A stretch of 64,000 nt of DNA. Origin: Candidatus Omnitrophota bacterium. GTDB lineage: Bacteria > Omnitrophota > Gorgyraeia > Zapsychrales > Zapsychraceae. The stretch spans positions 7,530 through 71,529 of the forward strand of contig DATDQB010000001.1 in the NCBI GenBank assembly GCA_035292445.1. The letters are read 5' to 3'. The position numbers and the translations under genes were made by a program. The notes beneath the pieces were generated by a model. The model saw nothing but the letters and a program-made list of their open reading frames with translations, was not told the origin of the DNA and did not search any database. Below are positions 36,543 to 47,136 of this stretch, one piece after another (within the stretch, counting starts at the first letter, position 1; each line of letters opens with the position of its first letter).

Positions 36543-37834
36543 AGACGTTGGACAATTTGCTTAAAAACCTTGCCCCTTTCTTCGTAATTAGTGAACATAT
36601 CGAAGCTGGCGCACATGGGGCTTAAGACGACACAATCTCCCCGCTGGGCGCAGGCTTTTGCTTTTTCTACGGCCTCCTCCATGCTCTGGCAGGAATCGAC
36701 CTGCACGACATCTTCAAAAACGCCCTTAATTTTCTCCTTGGCCTCTCCGAAAACAATCATGCGTTTGACCTTTTGCCGGACGCTGTCGCGTAAAACGGAG
36801 AAATCGATATTTTTGTCACGGCCACCGCAGATCATGACAACGGGCTGATGAAAATACGTCAAGGCCCATCGGCCGGCCTCAGCGGTGGTGGCTTTGGAAT
36901 CATTGAAAAAATCGACGCCGTTGAGGGTGCGCACCCACTCCAAGCGGTGCTCGACGCCTTTAAATTCACGAAAAACCTTAAGACACGCCTCTGAAGGTAT
37001 TCCTAAGATTTCACCGACTTGGCAGACGGCCAAATGGTTGGGATTCTCCGTGGCGAAATGCTTTTTTCTTTCCTGCGTATCAAAAAAGAGAACCTTGGCG
37101 GACAGTTGAGAAGCCCATGCCTTTATCTTGTCGTTCTGAGACGTCACTACCGCGAAGTCATCCTTGGTTTGATTCAAAAAGATCTTTGTTTTAGCTTCAA
37201 AATATTCCTGAAGGTTCTTGTGCCGGTCAAGGTGATTATCATTAAAATTCAATAAGACAGCTATCTTCGGCTCAAACCCTTTAAAATGAACCTCCCCGTT
37301 AAAAGAAGACTGCCCATCGGGATCCAACAACGATTCCAACTGAAACGAGCTGACTTCCAATACAAAGTAATCAACGTTTTGATCTAAACAGAATTGGGCA
37401 AAAGGCGTTCCGATATTGCCGCATAATTGGTTTTTCTTTCCGGCTTCAGCCAGCATTAAATGGACCAGGGTGGAAACGGTCGTCTTGCCGTTACTGCCGG
37501 TGACCGCAATGACCGGCTTTTGGCAGAATTGAAAAGCGAATTCGACCTCGCCCAAGACAGGGATCTTTTTTTGCCTCGCCCATTCGACGGGAGGTGAAAA
37601 AAAAGAAACGCCGGGACTCAAAACAACAAGGCCGCTATCCTGAATAAAAGCTTGGGTGTGCCCGCCGTGCTCATAAACGATGCCTTTTTGTTGGGCCCAG
37701 GTCTTAAAATCGCCGTCAAAGCCTTTGTCAGACACTTTGGGGATCGCGCCCAACTGCAATGCCAGATCACATATAGCGCAGCTGCTACGCTTAGCCCCGA
37801 GGACACAAATTTTTGTACCATTCAGCCGCAGCAT
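36539..37834 (-). CDS. murD: UDP-N-acetylmuramoyl-L-alanine-D-glutamate ligase
   Basis: SPGV, TGSNGKTT, EVSSFQLE, HLDRH, NDSKAT, SPMCASFD. Confidence 0.95.
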   Translation of the reverse strand: MLRLNGTKICVLGAKRSSCAICDLALQLGAIPKVSDKGFDGDFKTWAQQKGIVYEHGGHTQAFIQDSGLVVLSPGVSFFSPPVEWARQKKIPVLGEVEFAFQFCQKPVIAVTGSNGKTTVSTLVHLMLAEAGKKNQLCGNIGTPFAQFCLDQNVDYFVLEVSSFQLESLLDPDGQSSFNGEVHFKGFEPKIAVLLNFNDNHLDRHKNLQEYFEAKTKIFLNQTKDDFAVVTSQNDKIKAWASQLSAKVLFFDTQERKKHFATENPNHLAVCQVGEILGIPSEACLKVFREFKGVEHRLEWVRTLNGVDFFNDSKATTAEAGRWALTYFHQPVVMICGGRDKNIDFSVLRDSVRQKVKRMIVFGEAKEKIKGVFEDVVQVDSCQSMEEAVEKAKACAQRGDCVVLSPMCASFDMFTNYEERGKVFKQIVQRL

Positions 37835-37836
37835 GG

Positions 37837-38925
37837 TTAACGGATCTTGAGCGTCGTTAGAGTGATCAGCGCTAAAATGATGGCGATGATCCAAAAACGG
37901 ATAATGATCTTGGATTCATTCCAGCCGGAGAGCTGCAGGTGATGATGGAACGGTGACATTTTAAAGATCCGCTTCCGGCGCAACTTAAAGGAAGCCACCT
38001 GCAAAATGACCGATAGCGCCTCCACAACAAACACGCCTCCTAAGATCACCAAAAGCAATTCCTGTTTAATGATGACGGTGATCACGCCCAACGTCCCTCC
38101 TAAAGAGAGCGAGCCCACATCGCCCATAAAAATCTCGGCCGGATAACAATTGAACCAAAGAAACCCCAGACTCGCCCCGAAGATGGCCGCGCAAATAATG
38201 GACAGCTCGCCGGCCCCTGACAAATAAGGCAAGAAAAGGTACTCGCTGAATTTCAGATGCCCGATAATGTAACTTAACACGGCCAGCGTCATGCTCATGA
38301 TCAAGACACATCCGATCGCCAGACCATCCAGCCCATCGGTCAGATTGACCGCATTGGAAGTGCCGATGACGACCAGCGCGACAAAAAGGATATAAACCCA
38401 GCCCAAATCGATGACGAAATCTTTTAAGAAAGGAAAATGAACGGACGTTGATGTGACGGGATAGAAATAAACGTATGAGCCGACGAAACATCCGATCATG
38501 ATCTGCCAAATGAGCTTGGTCCTTTTGGTTAAGCCGCGCTGCGCTCCGATCCGTTTTAGTTTCCTGTAATCATCCACAAACCCCAACACGGCCAGCCACA
38601 AACAGACAAACGACGTCAAAAGGACATACGGGTTGGATAAATCGCACCATAACAAGACGGCAATGAGAATGCTGCCGATGATAAAAACCCCGCCCATGGT
38701 GGGGGTGCCTTCCTTAGAGTGCTGGAATTTATCCAAATCCGGACAGTCTTTGCGTTTGGCAACCTCCTGGATCTTCCATTGCTTAAGTTTTCTTATAAAA
38801 AAAGGGCCGAACACGACGCACAGCAAAAAAGTCGTCAAGGTCGCCATGCCAGCGCGGAAAGTGATGTATCTGAAGATATTCAGACCGAAAAATAATTCCT
38901 TAAATTCGGAGAGATAGTAAAACAT
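37837..38925 (-). CDS. mraY: Phospho-N-acetylmuramoyl-pentapeptide transferase
   Basis: KEGTPTMGG, NAVNLTDGLDGLA, FMGDVGS, PFHHH. Confidence 0.96.
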   Translation of the reverse strand: MFYYLSEFKELFFGLNIFRYITFRAGMATLTTFLLCVVFGPFFIRKLKQWKIQEVAKRKDCPDLDKFQHSKEGTPTMGGVFIIGSILIAVLLWCDLSNPYVLLTSFVCLWLAVLGFVDDYRKLKRIGAQRGLTKRTKLIWQIMIGCFVGSYVYFYPVTSTSVHFPFLKDFVIDLGWVYILFVALVVIGTSNAVNLTDGLDGLAIGCVLIMSMTLAVLSYIIGHLKFSEYLFLPYLSGAGELSIICAAIFGASLGFLWFNCYPAEIFMGDVGSLSLGGTLGVITVIIKQELLLVILGGVFVVEALSVILQVASFKLRRKRIFKMSPFHHHLQLSGWNESKIIIRFWIIAIILALITLTTLKIR

Positions 38926-38929
38926 GGCT

Positions 38930-40312
38930 TCAGCTTTTAGAGAATTCGGTTTTTAAAAATCCGACCGTCTGCTCCATTCCCATGCTCCTCGATCCTTTGA
39001 CCAAGACGACGCACTCGGGCCCACAAACGGCCTTTAAACGCTGGTGAAGCTGCTGACGGTCCTTCGTATGATAGGTATATCTTTTTCCTTTGTGTTCTTT
39101 AAGGCCTTCCTGAATGAACCGGGCTTGGTTGCCGTATGTCAAAACATAATCAATGTTTTTAGTGGCCATGAACGCCCCGATCTGCCGGTGCAATCGCTGT
39201 GATTCTTTTCCTAGCTCCAGCATATCAGCGCAAATAACAATCCTCTGCCCTTTCGTCTCAAAGACATTCAGTGTTTCAACCGCACTTTCCAAAGAAAGCG
39301 GATTGGCGTTATACGTGTCATCAATAACGGTCATCCGGCCGCAACGTATGACGTGCAAACGCCCCCCACCATATTTAAATTTAGTAATATTTTTACTAAT
39401 CTTATTATAGGGAATTTTAAACAAAGAACCACAAGAAATTGCGGCTAATGCGTTATATACATTATGCCTCGCCATCGAAGCGACCGTGAACGGATGGCCC
39501 TTCACATAGAAACCAATCCTATTATTGCGCCGAAAGAGCCGGCTGGCCTGCAGATGCGCCCGATAACGGATGCCGAAGGTTATCTTTTTCTGGGTAAGTT
39601 TTTTCTGTACGATTCTCCTTAATACTTTGTCATCGGCGTTATAAATAATGATGCCTTTCGGGTCCATAAAAGAAACCAAGGAAAATTTTTCCCGAAAAAC
39701 ACCGTTTTTATTTTTAAGCCCCTGCAAATGCGCCTCCCCGATATTGGTAAAAACCGCCACCGTCGGCATGGTGATTTTAGCCAACCAGGGGATGTCCCCA
39801 AACTGATTTGTCCCGAATTCGATCACGGCAACCTGAACGCTCTTATTTAAACGAAGCAAGGTCAACGGAACACCGATGTGATTGTTTTCTGTCTTTAAAT
39901 TTTTCAGGACCTTATATTTCGAACTTAAAACACCGGCGATCATTTCTTTGGTGGTGGTTTTGCCGGCGCTTCCGGTGACGGCAATAACGGGGATGTCGAA
40001 TCGCTGCCGATGAAATGACGCTATGTGCCCCAACGCTTTCGTCGTATCTTTCACATAAATAACGCTGACGGAAGAAGGTGCCCTGATTTTTCGCGAGACC
40101 ACGAGCGCACGTACGCCTTTTTCAATCACTTGAGGAATAAACCGATGGGCGTCATGGCGCGCCCCCCGAATGGCGATAAACAGATCCTGCCGCCGGATTT
40201 TTCGCGAGTCGATACTAACCCCTTGGATGGTTCGCGAAGGATCGCCTTGAATAAGCTTGCCTTGGGTAGCTTGTTGGATCTGGCGGAGAGTTAACACAAG
40301 AAAATCCCTCAC
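38930..40312 (-). CDS. murF: UDP-MurNAc-tripeptide-D-Ala-D-Ala ligase
   Basis: TGSAGKTTTKE, NNHIGVP, DDTYNANP, DMLELG, KGSR. Confidence 0.95.
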   Translation of the reverse strand: MRDFLVLTLRQIQQATQGKLIQGDPSRTIQGVSIDSRKIRRQDLFIAIRGARHDAHRFIPQVIEKGVRALVVSRKIRAPSSVSVIYVKDTTKALGHIASFHRQRFDIPVIAVTGSAGKTTTKEMIAGVLSSKYKVLKNLKTENNHIGVPLTLLRLNKSVQVAVIEFGTNQFGDIPWLAKITMPTVAVFTNIGEAHLQGLKNKNGVFREKFSLVSFMDPKGIIIYNADDKVLRRIVQKKLTQKKITFGIRYRAHLQASRLFRRNNRIGFYVKGHPFTVASMARHNVYNALAAISCGSLFKIPYNKISKNITKFKYGGGRLHVIRCGRMTVIDDTYNANPLSLESAVETLNVFETKGQRIVICADMLELGKESQRLHRQIGAFMATKNIDYVLTYGNQARFIQEGLKEHKGKRYTYHTKDRQQLHQRLKAVCGPECVVLVKGSRSMGMEQTVGFLKTEFSKS

Positions 40313-41766
40313 TGTAAAATGGATTGCCTGATGATTTGCCGTTCATCGAATTGGATGGTCTTGTCTTTGAATATCTGGTAGGTTTCGTGCCCTTTGCCTG
40401 CGATCAAAACAATATCCCCTTTTTGAGCCATGCTTAATGCCTTCTTGATGGCTTCCTCCCGGTTGAGGACGACGGTATAATTATCTTTCTCAAAGCCTGC
40501 AACGATTTGATTGATGATCGTTTGTGGATCCTCGCTTCGCGGATTATCGCTGGTGACAATGGCCACATCCGCCAGATGGGAAGCCACCGCCCCCATCACC
40601 GGGCGTTTAGTATTATCCCGATCCCCCCCGCAACCAAAGACCAGGATGATCCTGGCATCGCTGGTCGCCCGCAGCGCGGTCAAAACATTTTCCAGCGCGT
40701 CCTGCGTGTGCGCATAGTCAATAAAGATGGTGAAATCCTGTCCGCATTCGACCCGCTCCAGCCGGCCCGGAACATTTTTAAGGTGCTCCACCCCTCTTTT
40801 GATTTTATCAAGATTGATGCCCTGGCTGACCGCCACGGCAACGGCCGCCAAAATATTGTAAACATTGTAATAACCGACCAATGGACTGCAGATCTGGAAC
40901 TGGCCCGCGGGCGTCTTCACTTTAAACTGGGTCCCTTCCACATTCAGCTGAACATCCTCGGCCATCACCTGGGCCTGATGGCGGATCCCGTAGGTCAAGA
41001 TCTTCGACTCGGTCTTCGAAAGGAGTTTCTTGCCGTAGGTATCATCGACATTAATGACGGCGGTGGCATCAGGTGAGAGTTTAGTGAATAATAAAGATTT
41101 CGCCGCAAAATAATTTTCTCTTGTCTTATGGTAATCCAGATGGTCGCTGGTCAAATTCGTAAAAACGGCCGTTTTAAAATCGATCAGATCGACACGCCCC
41201 TGGTCCAGCGCATGGGAGGAGACCTCCATCAGGCAATAATCGATGCCTTCCTGGAGCAGTTCGGAAAAAAGTTTCTGGTTATCCAGCAGCCCCGGCGTTG
41301 TGTTCTGCGCCGGCAGGATTTTCTCTCCGATGCGGTAATTGACCGTTCCGATAACCCCGCAGCTGCGTTCCGCCTCATGTAGGATCGATTCGATCAAATA
41401 AACGGTGGTCGTTTTCCCGTTCGTTCCGGTGACGCCTACCGTATGCAGCGCTTTTGAGGGCTCGCCGTAAAATCGCCTCGATAACTCTTTAAGGAATTGG
41501 CTTGTGTCGCCTACTTCCAGAAATAGGACATCCTTATCGCTCCCGTATCCATTTTTGTTCTCACTGACAGCGATAACCCGAATACCTTTTTCGATGGCTT
41601 TGGGAATAAAGTCCGCGCCATCGTATTTGCTCCCCTTTTGAGCGATGAAAAGAGCGTCTTTTTCGATCTTACGCGAATCGTTACATATAGCGCTGATCTC
41701 CCATTGGCGGGAAGCAAGAGGAATTTCTTTCTGATAAATACCTTCCAATAATCGTTCGAGGTGCAT
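40309..41766 (-). CDS. murE: UDP-MurNAc-dipeptide-meso-DAP ligase
   Basis: GTNGKTT, MEVSSH, DYAHT, GCGGDRD, DNPR (DAP-type), AGKGHE. Confidence 0.95.
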   Translation of the reverse strand: MHLERLLEGIYQKEIPLASRQWEISAICNDSRKIEKDALFIAQKGSKYDGADFIPKAIEKGIRVIAVSENKNGYGSDKDVLFLEVGDTSQFLKELSRRFYGEPSKALHTVGVTGTNGKTTTVYLIESILHEAERSCGVIGTVNYRIGEKILPAQNTTPGLLDNQKLFSELLQEGIDYCLMEVSSHALDQGRVDLIDFKTAVFTNLTSDHLDYHKTRENYFAAKSLLFTKLSPDATAVINVDDTYGKKLLSKTESKILTYGIRHQAQVMAEDVQLNVEGTQFKVKTPAGQFQICSPLVGYYNVYNILAAVAVAVSQGINLDKIKRGVEHLKNVPGRLERVECGQDFTIFIDYAHTQDALENVLTALRATSDARIILVFGCGGDRDNTKRPVMGAVASHLADVAIVTSDNPRSEDPQTIINQIVAGFEKDNYTVVLNREEAIKKALSMAQKGDIVLIAGKGHETYQIFKDKTIQFDERQIIRQSILQ

Positions 41767-41782
41767 ACCTCTTCTTTCGTTA

Positions 41783-43501
41783 CTAAAACCGGCCTGCTTC
41801 GCTGGAATTTTGAACAACTTCGGTGGTTTCCGTATTCTTCAGATACTTCAAAGATTTCTCGATGACTTGCTGAAAAACCGGGGCCGCTACGGTTCCGCCG
41901 AAATACCGGGGATACGGTTCATCAAAAACCACAATGGCGGCCAAACGGGGGTTGTCCGCCGGGGCAAAACCTATAAAGGAGGAATAATATTTATTGTGCG
42001 AATAAAGCCCGTCAACCACCTTTTGCGCCGTTCCGGTCTTGCCGGCCACCCTAACACCCTTAATTTGGGCTTTCTTGCCCGTGCCATTATCGACCGCACC
42101 GATAAGGATCTCTTTAACCCTTTTGGCCGTATCGGGGCTGATGACCCGGTCCACCACCGTCGGCTCAAAGGAAGTAATAATCTGATCGTTTTGGTCTTTG
42201 ATATATCTTACCACAAACGGTTTCATGTAAACACCATCGTTAGCAACGCTCGCCAATGCCGCCAACATCTGTAAAGGCGTTGTCGTCACCTCATGGCCGA
42301 TCGGAATGGCTCCGATCGTCGTCTTAGACCACTGGGAGGGCGGCTTCAAATGACCCTCCACCTCACCTTTGAGATTGATCCCTGTCTTTTCTCCGAAGCG
42401 AAACCGTTTGCCGTATTTAAAAATGATCGCCGGCCCCAATTTCTGGGCTATCTTCGTCACCCCGATGTTACTGGAAACCTCGAATACCTCTCTAAAGCTT
42501 AACGTCCCATGGGGGGTGTGGTCATGAAGAATATGGTTAGCGACCCGATATTCCCCTTTTTCACAATATATTTTATCCGTCTCAACGAATTTTTCTTCTT
42601 CCAAAGCGGCGGCTGCTGTCACAAATTTGAAAATAGAACCGGGCTCATAAACAAAACTGATGGCGCGGTTGGTGCGGCTTTCCACACTGCTTTTTTCCAC
42701 TTGGTCTAAGTTATACGTCGGCCGGTTGGCCAACGCCAGAATTTCTCCGGTCGCCGTATCCATCACAATAACCGTTCCCGCCTTGGCGTTATTGCTTTCC
42801 ATAGCTTCATCCAACGCCTGCTCGACAATATACTGGATGGTTTCATCGATGGTCAAAACGACGTCAAAACCGTCCTGAGGAGAAACATAGACCTTTTCGA
42901 TCATCAGCTCCCGCTGCCGCGCATCTCTTAAGATTTGCATTTGACCAGGCTTGCCTTTTAATTCTTTATTTAAAACAAGCTCGAGGCCTTCCAACCCTTC
43001 ATTATCCAAACCGGCAAAGCCGATGACATGAGCGGATAAATTATGATTGGGATAGAACCGCTTGCTCTCATTACGGTAACCGACTCCCTGAATTTTTAAA
43101 GCCTTAACTTGCTCTATCAGCGATTTTGTTACTTTACGCTTGAGCCAGACAAAATACTTATCGCGACGAAGGCGCTCCTCGATAAAATCATGGCTCACTC
43201 CTAATAGAGAAGGTAACTGCGCAATCGCTTTGTTTTTATCTTCCGCCGTCATGATTTTCGGATTGGCATACAACGAAGGGACCGAGACGTTAAAAGCCAG
43301 CGGTCTTAGATTGCGGTCCAAAATACTCCCGCGGATGGGTTCAAGCTCAATGACATAATTATGCTGTTTATTGGCTAATGCGGTCAGATGGGAAGACTTA
43401 AAGACCTGGATAAAGATGAGCTTGACGCAAAAGAAGGAAAAACAGGCAATAAAAACCAAAAAGGTGACAATAAATCTGATAGTGAACTTTTTCGTGTACA
43501 C
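41783..43501 (-). CDS. ftsI: Class B penicillin-binding protein (FtsI)
   Basis: RGSILDRN, SxxK (GSIFK), SSN, KTGTAQ; dcw position. Confidence 0.92.
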   Translation of the reverse strand: MYTKKFTIRFIVTFLVFIACFSFFCVKLIFIQVFKSSHLTALANKQHNYVIELEPIRGSILDRNLRPLAFNVSVPSLYANPKIMTAEDKNKAIAQLPSLLGVSHDFIEERLRRDKYFVWLKRKVTKSLIEQVKALKIQGVGYRNESKRFYPNHNLSAHVIGFAGLDNEGLEGLELVLNKELKGKPGQMQILRDARQRELMIEKVYVSPQDGFDVVLTIDETIQYIVEQALDEAMESNNAKAGTVIVMDTATGEILALANRPTYNLDQVEKSSVESRTNRAISFVYEPGSIFKFVTAAAALEEEKFVETDKIYCEKGEYRVANHILHDHTPHGTLSFREVFEVSSNIGVTKIAQKLGPAIIFKYGKRFRFGEKTGINLKGEVEGHLKPPSQWSKTTIGAIPIGHEVTTTPLQMLAALASVANDGVYMKPFVVRYIKDQNDQIITSFEPTVVDRVISPDTAKRVKEILIGAVDNGTGKKAQIKGVRVAGKTGTAQKVVDGLYSHNKYYSSFIGFAPADNPRLAAIVVFDEPYPRYFGGTVAAPVFQQVIEKSLKYLKNTETTEVVQNSSEAGRF

Positions 43502-43532
43502 CTTATTCCTTCAAGCAAGCCAGAAAAATTTA

Positions 43533-43913
43533 TTATTGCCCTTTGGCTTCAGCGGAAGCGCCAAAAGACATGAAACTGACCAGGGAATTAGATTTCTGCC
43601 CGGCAATCTGGTGGGGTGAGGAAACCTCGCCCGAAAGTTCTCCTTGCGAGGCCTCCAACATTTTAACGTTATCCGAGCTCACAAAATCCATACCCGAATC
43701 TTTAGCCAACAGTTTATGCCCCAGATTATTGGCCGACTTAAGCGTCAGGATGTTATACGTCATATAACCGTTCTCTTCAACGAGATGCCGGATGCTTACT
43801 TCTTTATTTTTTCCTTCATACGCCAATTGAATGATGTTCATTTGCATATGAATGTAAACCAATGCCAACAGCGTCCCAAATCCGATCCATTTAAGAAGTT
43901 TGGATAATCTCAT
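43533..43913 (-). CDS. Probable FtsL-like cell division protein
   Basis: TM plus short coiled coil between rsmH and ftsI; start MRLSK overlaps rsmH stop. Confidence 0.65.
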   Translation of the reverse strand: MRLSKLLKWIGFGTLLALVYIHMQMNIIQLAYEGKNKEVSIRHLVEENGYMTYNILTLKSANNLGHKLLAKDSGMDFVSSDNVKMLEASQGELSGEVSSPHQIAGQKSNSLVSFMSFGASAEAKGQ

Positions 43914-44848
43914 AGCCGTTCCACCGCCCTTAGCCGCGCGCTGCGCGCGCGTGAATTTTGTTCGATCTCCTCTTCCTGCGGCCGCAATGGTTTTTTCGTT
44001 AACATCCGCGCCAGCCCCATGCGGGCAAAAAGACGAAATTTTTGCTTCACGATCCTGTCTTCCAAAGAATGAAATGAGATCACAACCAACCGCCCACCCG
44101 GCGCTAAGTGTTCCATACACTTATCAATAGCCGTTTCAACTTCTTCCAATTCACGGTTGACGGCGATACGAAAAGCTTGAAATGTTCTGGTCGCAGGATG
44201 GATCTTCTGGTGCCGCTGATGAGGCGGCATTGACTTAACGACGATCTGCTTCAAATCATCCGTGGTTCGAATGGGGGATAACGCCCTCTGCCTGACAATG
44301 TTTCTGGCGATACGCAGATGCCAGCGCTCTTCCCCGTACTCTCTAAGGATCTTGGCAATTTCATGCTCGGAGAGGGAATTGATCAGATCATAAGCGGTGA
44401 TCCTGCTTTGTTGGTTCATGCGCATGTCCAAGGGCCCCTCTTTCTGAAAACTAAAGCCTCTCGATTCGTCCTCGAGCTGAAAACTGGAAATGCCTAGATC
44501 CAAAAGTATGCCGTTGACTTTATCAAGGTGTTGTTCTTTGAGGACCTTGTCGATATTGCGAAAGCTCTCATGGACAAATTGACATTGGTGCTCATAGCCA
44601 GTTAAATTTCTCCTCGCCATAAGAAGGGAATGCTCATCCCGGTCAATACCCACCAGCCGCCCGCGAATACCGATGCGCTGCAAGATCGCCTCGGCATGAC
44701 CGCCCAGGCCTAACGTCGCATCCACATAGGTTCCGTTCACCTGCGGCTGAAGATACTGAACCACTTCTTCCACCATAACCGGGACATGTTCCTTAGGCAT
44801 CAAATCTTCATTGCTACCTTCTGTTATACGGGCAAGCGAATCAATCAT
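43910..44848 (-). CDS. rsmH: 16S rRNA m4C1402 methyltransferase
   Basis: HVPVM, DATLGLGGH, DLGISSFQL, PLDMRM, ISFHSLEDR; start may be 44800. Confidence 0.96.
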   Translation of the reverse strand: MIDSLARITEGSNEDLMPKEHVPVMVEEVVQYLQPQVNGTYVDATLGLGGHAEAILQRIGIRGRLVGIDRDEHSLLMARRNLTGYEHQCQFVHESFRNIDKVLKEQHLDKVNGILLDLGISSFQLEDESRGFSFQKEGPLDMRMNQQSRITAYDLINSLSEHEIAKILREYGEERWHLRIARNIVRQRALSPIRTTDDLKQIVVKSMPPHQRHQKIHPATRTFQAFRIAVNRELEEVETAIDKCMEHLAPGGRLVVISFHSLEDRIVKQKFRLFARMGLARMLTKKPLRPQEEEIEQNSRARSARLRAVERL

Positions 44849-44898
44849 GATATCTTTAAACTCAATACCATCCTCAATACAAGGTATATTTTCAAGGC

Positions 44899-45336
44899 CT
44901 ACAAATTGACAAGGTTCTCAGCCAGCTGCTCAAAGGTGCCGCTGGTATTCGCATAAAAATCGCCCCACGTCTGACGGTCCCAGATCTCAATGCGGTTGGA
45001 TACACCGACAACGATCGTATCCCGTTTGATATTGGCGTACTCTTTAAGATAATCCGGAATGATGAACCGCCCCTGCTTATCCGGGCGGACGTCCACGGCC
45101 CCGGCAAAATACATACGGTTAAACCGCCGGGACTCCTGTTTCGTGAAAGGCATGGCCTTGAATTTTTGCTCCTGCGAACGCCACTCATCTTCCGAAAGCA
45201 TGAAAATGCACTTGTCCAAGCCCCGCGTGAGAAAGAACCGCTCGACCGCATACTCTTTACAGACATCACGGAATTTGGCCGGTAGAATCAGACGGCCTTT
45301 TCGGTCAAGACTATGTTTGTATTCACCGTAAAACAT
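44899..45336 (-). CDS. mraZ: Division/cell wall cluster repressor MraZ
   Basis: MFYGEYKHSLDRKGRLILP, DKQGRFIIP, RIEIW. Confidence 0.96.
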   Translation of the reverse strand: MFYGEYKHSLDRKGRLILPAKFRDVCKEYAVERFFLTRGLDKCIFMLSEDEWRSQEQKFKAMPFTKQESRRFNRMYFAGAVDVRPDKQGRFIIPDYLKEYANIKRDTIVVGVSNRIEIWDRQTWGDFYANTSGTFEQLAENLVNL

Positions 45337-45374
45337 TGTTATAACTTATTGTTTGATTAATAGTTACTAAACAA

Positions 45375-45436
45375 CCACCTTACTCCACTTTGCTCCACAG
45401 CTGTATCATTCTATAAGTGTCGCCATCCAAAGTCAA
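45375..45436 (-). promoter_or_regulatory. dcw promoter with three MraZ-binding GTGG boxes
   Basis: TTGACT-N17-TAGAAT (45436-45408); GTGG at exact 10-bp spacing (45398, 45388, 45378). Confidence 0.8.
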
Positions 45437-45520
45437 TACAAATAAAAGAATATTTTCTATATTATTGAAAAATAACACGTTGTATAACTTAAAATGTGCC
45501 TTATATCCTTAGTTTTCAAT

Positions 45521-45549
45521 AAAAAAGGACTACTTTATAGTAGTCCTTT
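45521..45549 (-). terminator. Rho-independent terminator after ribF
   Basis: AAAGGACTACT-N4-AGTAGTCCTTT stem plus U-tract on the minus strand. Confidence 0.8.
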
Positions 45550-45575
45550 AATAAGATATCTAACTTATATTTATA

Positions 45576-46502
45576 TTACTTTAAGATAACCCTGGCCTTC
45601 CGCTCATCTTTTTCGAGTTGTTGAACCAATTTTTCTTTCACGTTGAACGCCTTTTCATTACGGATTTTCTTGATAAATTCAATGATGATCTCCTGCCCGT
45701 AAATGCGCCGATGAAAATGGAAAATATGCACTTCGATGTTGATGGGGTTATGGCCGGTTGAGAAAGACGGCCGCCGCCCCAAATTAGCCATCCCCTTGTA
45801 TCTTTCTTTTCCCAACCGCACATAAACGGCATAAACTCCCAACGGCGGTAAGATCTCTCCATCAGGGAATACGTTGGCTGTCGGATAACCCAACGCCGTT
45901 CCCCGGCTTTCCCCCCGGACCACTTTTCCCAACAAAGAGACCGGCCGGCCCAATAACCGTGAAGCCTGCTTAAGCTGCCCGCTGGAAATAAACCGCCGGA
46001 TCAAGGTGCTGCCGATCTTGCGCTGTGCGCCCTTGACGGATTCGACCACATGGACCTTAAACCCATGCCTTTCCCCAGCATTCTGAAAATACTGCAAAGA
46101 CCCTACACGATCTTTTCCGAAACGGAAATCATCACCGACAAATATTTCTTTGGGATGAAGATGTTTAACCAGATAACGGTCAATAAATCCGGCCGGCGTC
46201 AGTCGAGAGAATTTCTTTGTAAATTCCTGGACAATACAAATATCCACCTTTAATTGATCCAATATCTTAAGGCGGTAGGCCAGAGAAATAATATAAGGAA
46301 GGGCGATTTCCGGATGCAACACATGAACCGGATGCGGATGGAACGTCAAGACAACGGTACGTCCTTTGAGGGCCCTGGCCCTTTGGACAGCCTTTTGAAT
46401 CAGTTTCTGGTGCCCCCGATGAACCCCGTCAAAAATACCAATTACCAAAACAGCCTTAGGTATAGCTTTCTTGACCCTGCCAATGTTGTATATGACTTTC
46501 AT
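45576..46502 (-). CDS. ribF: Bifunctional riboflavin kinase/FAD synthetase
   Basis: GIFDGVHRGHQ, VGDDFRFG, LGYPTAN, IEVHIF. Confidence 0.95.
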   Translation of the reverse strand: MKVIYNIGRVKKAIPKAVLVIGIFDGVHRGHQKLIQKAVQRARALKGRTVVLTFHPHPVHVLHPEIALPYIISLAYRLKILDQLKVDICIVQEFTKKFSRLTPAGFIDRYLVKHLHPKEIFVGDDFRFGKDRVGSLQYFQNAGERHGFKVHVVESVKGAQRKIGSTLIRRFISSGQLKQASRLLGRPVSLLGKVVRGESRGTALGYPTANVFPDGEILPPLGVYAVYVRLGKERYKGMANLGRRPSFSTGHNPINIEVHIFHFHRRIYGQEIIIEFIKKIRNEKAFNVKEKLVQQLEKDERKARVILK

Positions 46503-47136
46503 TAAGCTCCTCTAACGTTACGGCCTCTTCGATCGTGAATGACCCCACCTTCATGCGTTCAATCTGGGATATACAGGCGCCGCAACCTAAAACTTTGCCC
46601 ACATCTTCAGCCAATTGCCGGACATACGTTCCCTTAGAACACTCCAAATAAAATGTCACATGGGGCTTCTGAAAAGATTGCACTTGCAAGCGATGGATCG
46701 TCACAAAGCGCGGCTCCCGCTCCACCTCAATGCCCTTTCTGGCCAATTCATAGAGCTTCTTTCCTTTCCTTTTGATCGCTGATACCATCGGCGGGATTTG
46801 TTCGATACGGCCGTGAAAACGCCCAAAAACTTTTTCGATATCCTCTTTGGCAATATGGTCATAGGGGGCTGTCTGCGTAACCTTTCCCTCGATGTCAGCC
46901 GAGGTCGTTGACATCCCCAAGATCAGGGTGGCTCGATACGCTTTATCCAACCCGACGAATTTCTCAAATAACTTGGTCGACTTGCCTAAAAGAATCACCA
47001 AAACACCGGTCGCCAGCGGATCCAGCGTCCCCGCATGCCCAACGCGTTTAATCCGGAATTTTCTGCGGATAAAGGCCACCACATCATGCGAGGTCAATCC
47101 CTTCGGTTTATTAATAACGATAATACCTTCCATCAA
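46456..47136 (-). CDS. truB: tRNA pseudouridine(55) synthase
   Basis: GHAGTLDPLATGVL, PPMVSA, CSKGTYVR. Confidence 0.96.
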   Translation of the reverse strand: MMEGIIVINKPKGLTSHDVVAFIRRKFRIKRVGHAGTLDPLATGVLVILLGKSTKLFEKFVGLDKAYRATLILGMSTTSADIEGKVTQTAPYDHIAKEDIEKVFGRFHGRIEQIPPMVSAIKRKGKKLYELARKGIEVEREPRFVTIHRLQVQSFQKPHVTFYLECSKGTYVRQLAEDVGKVLGCGACISQIERMKVGSFTIEEAVTLEELNESHIQHWQGQESYT

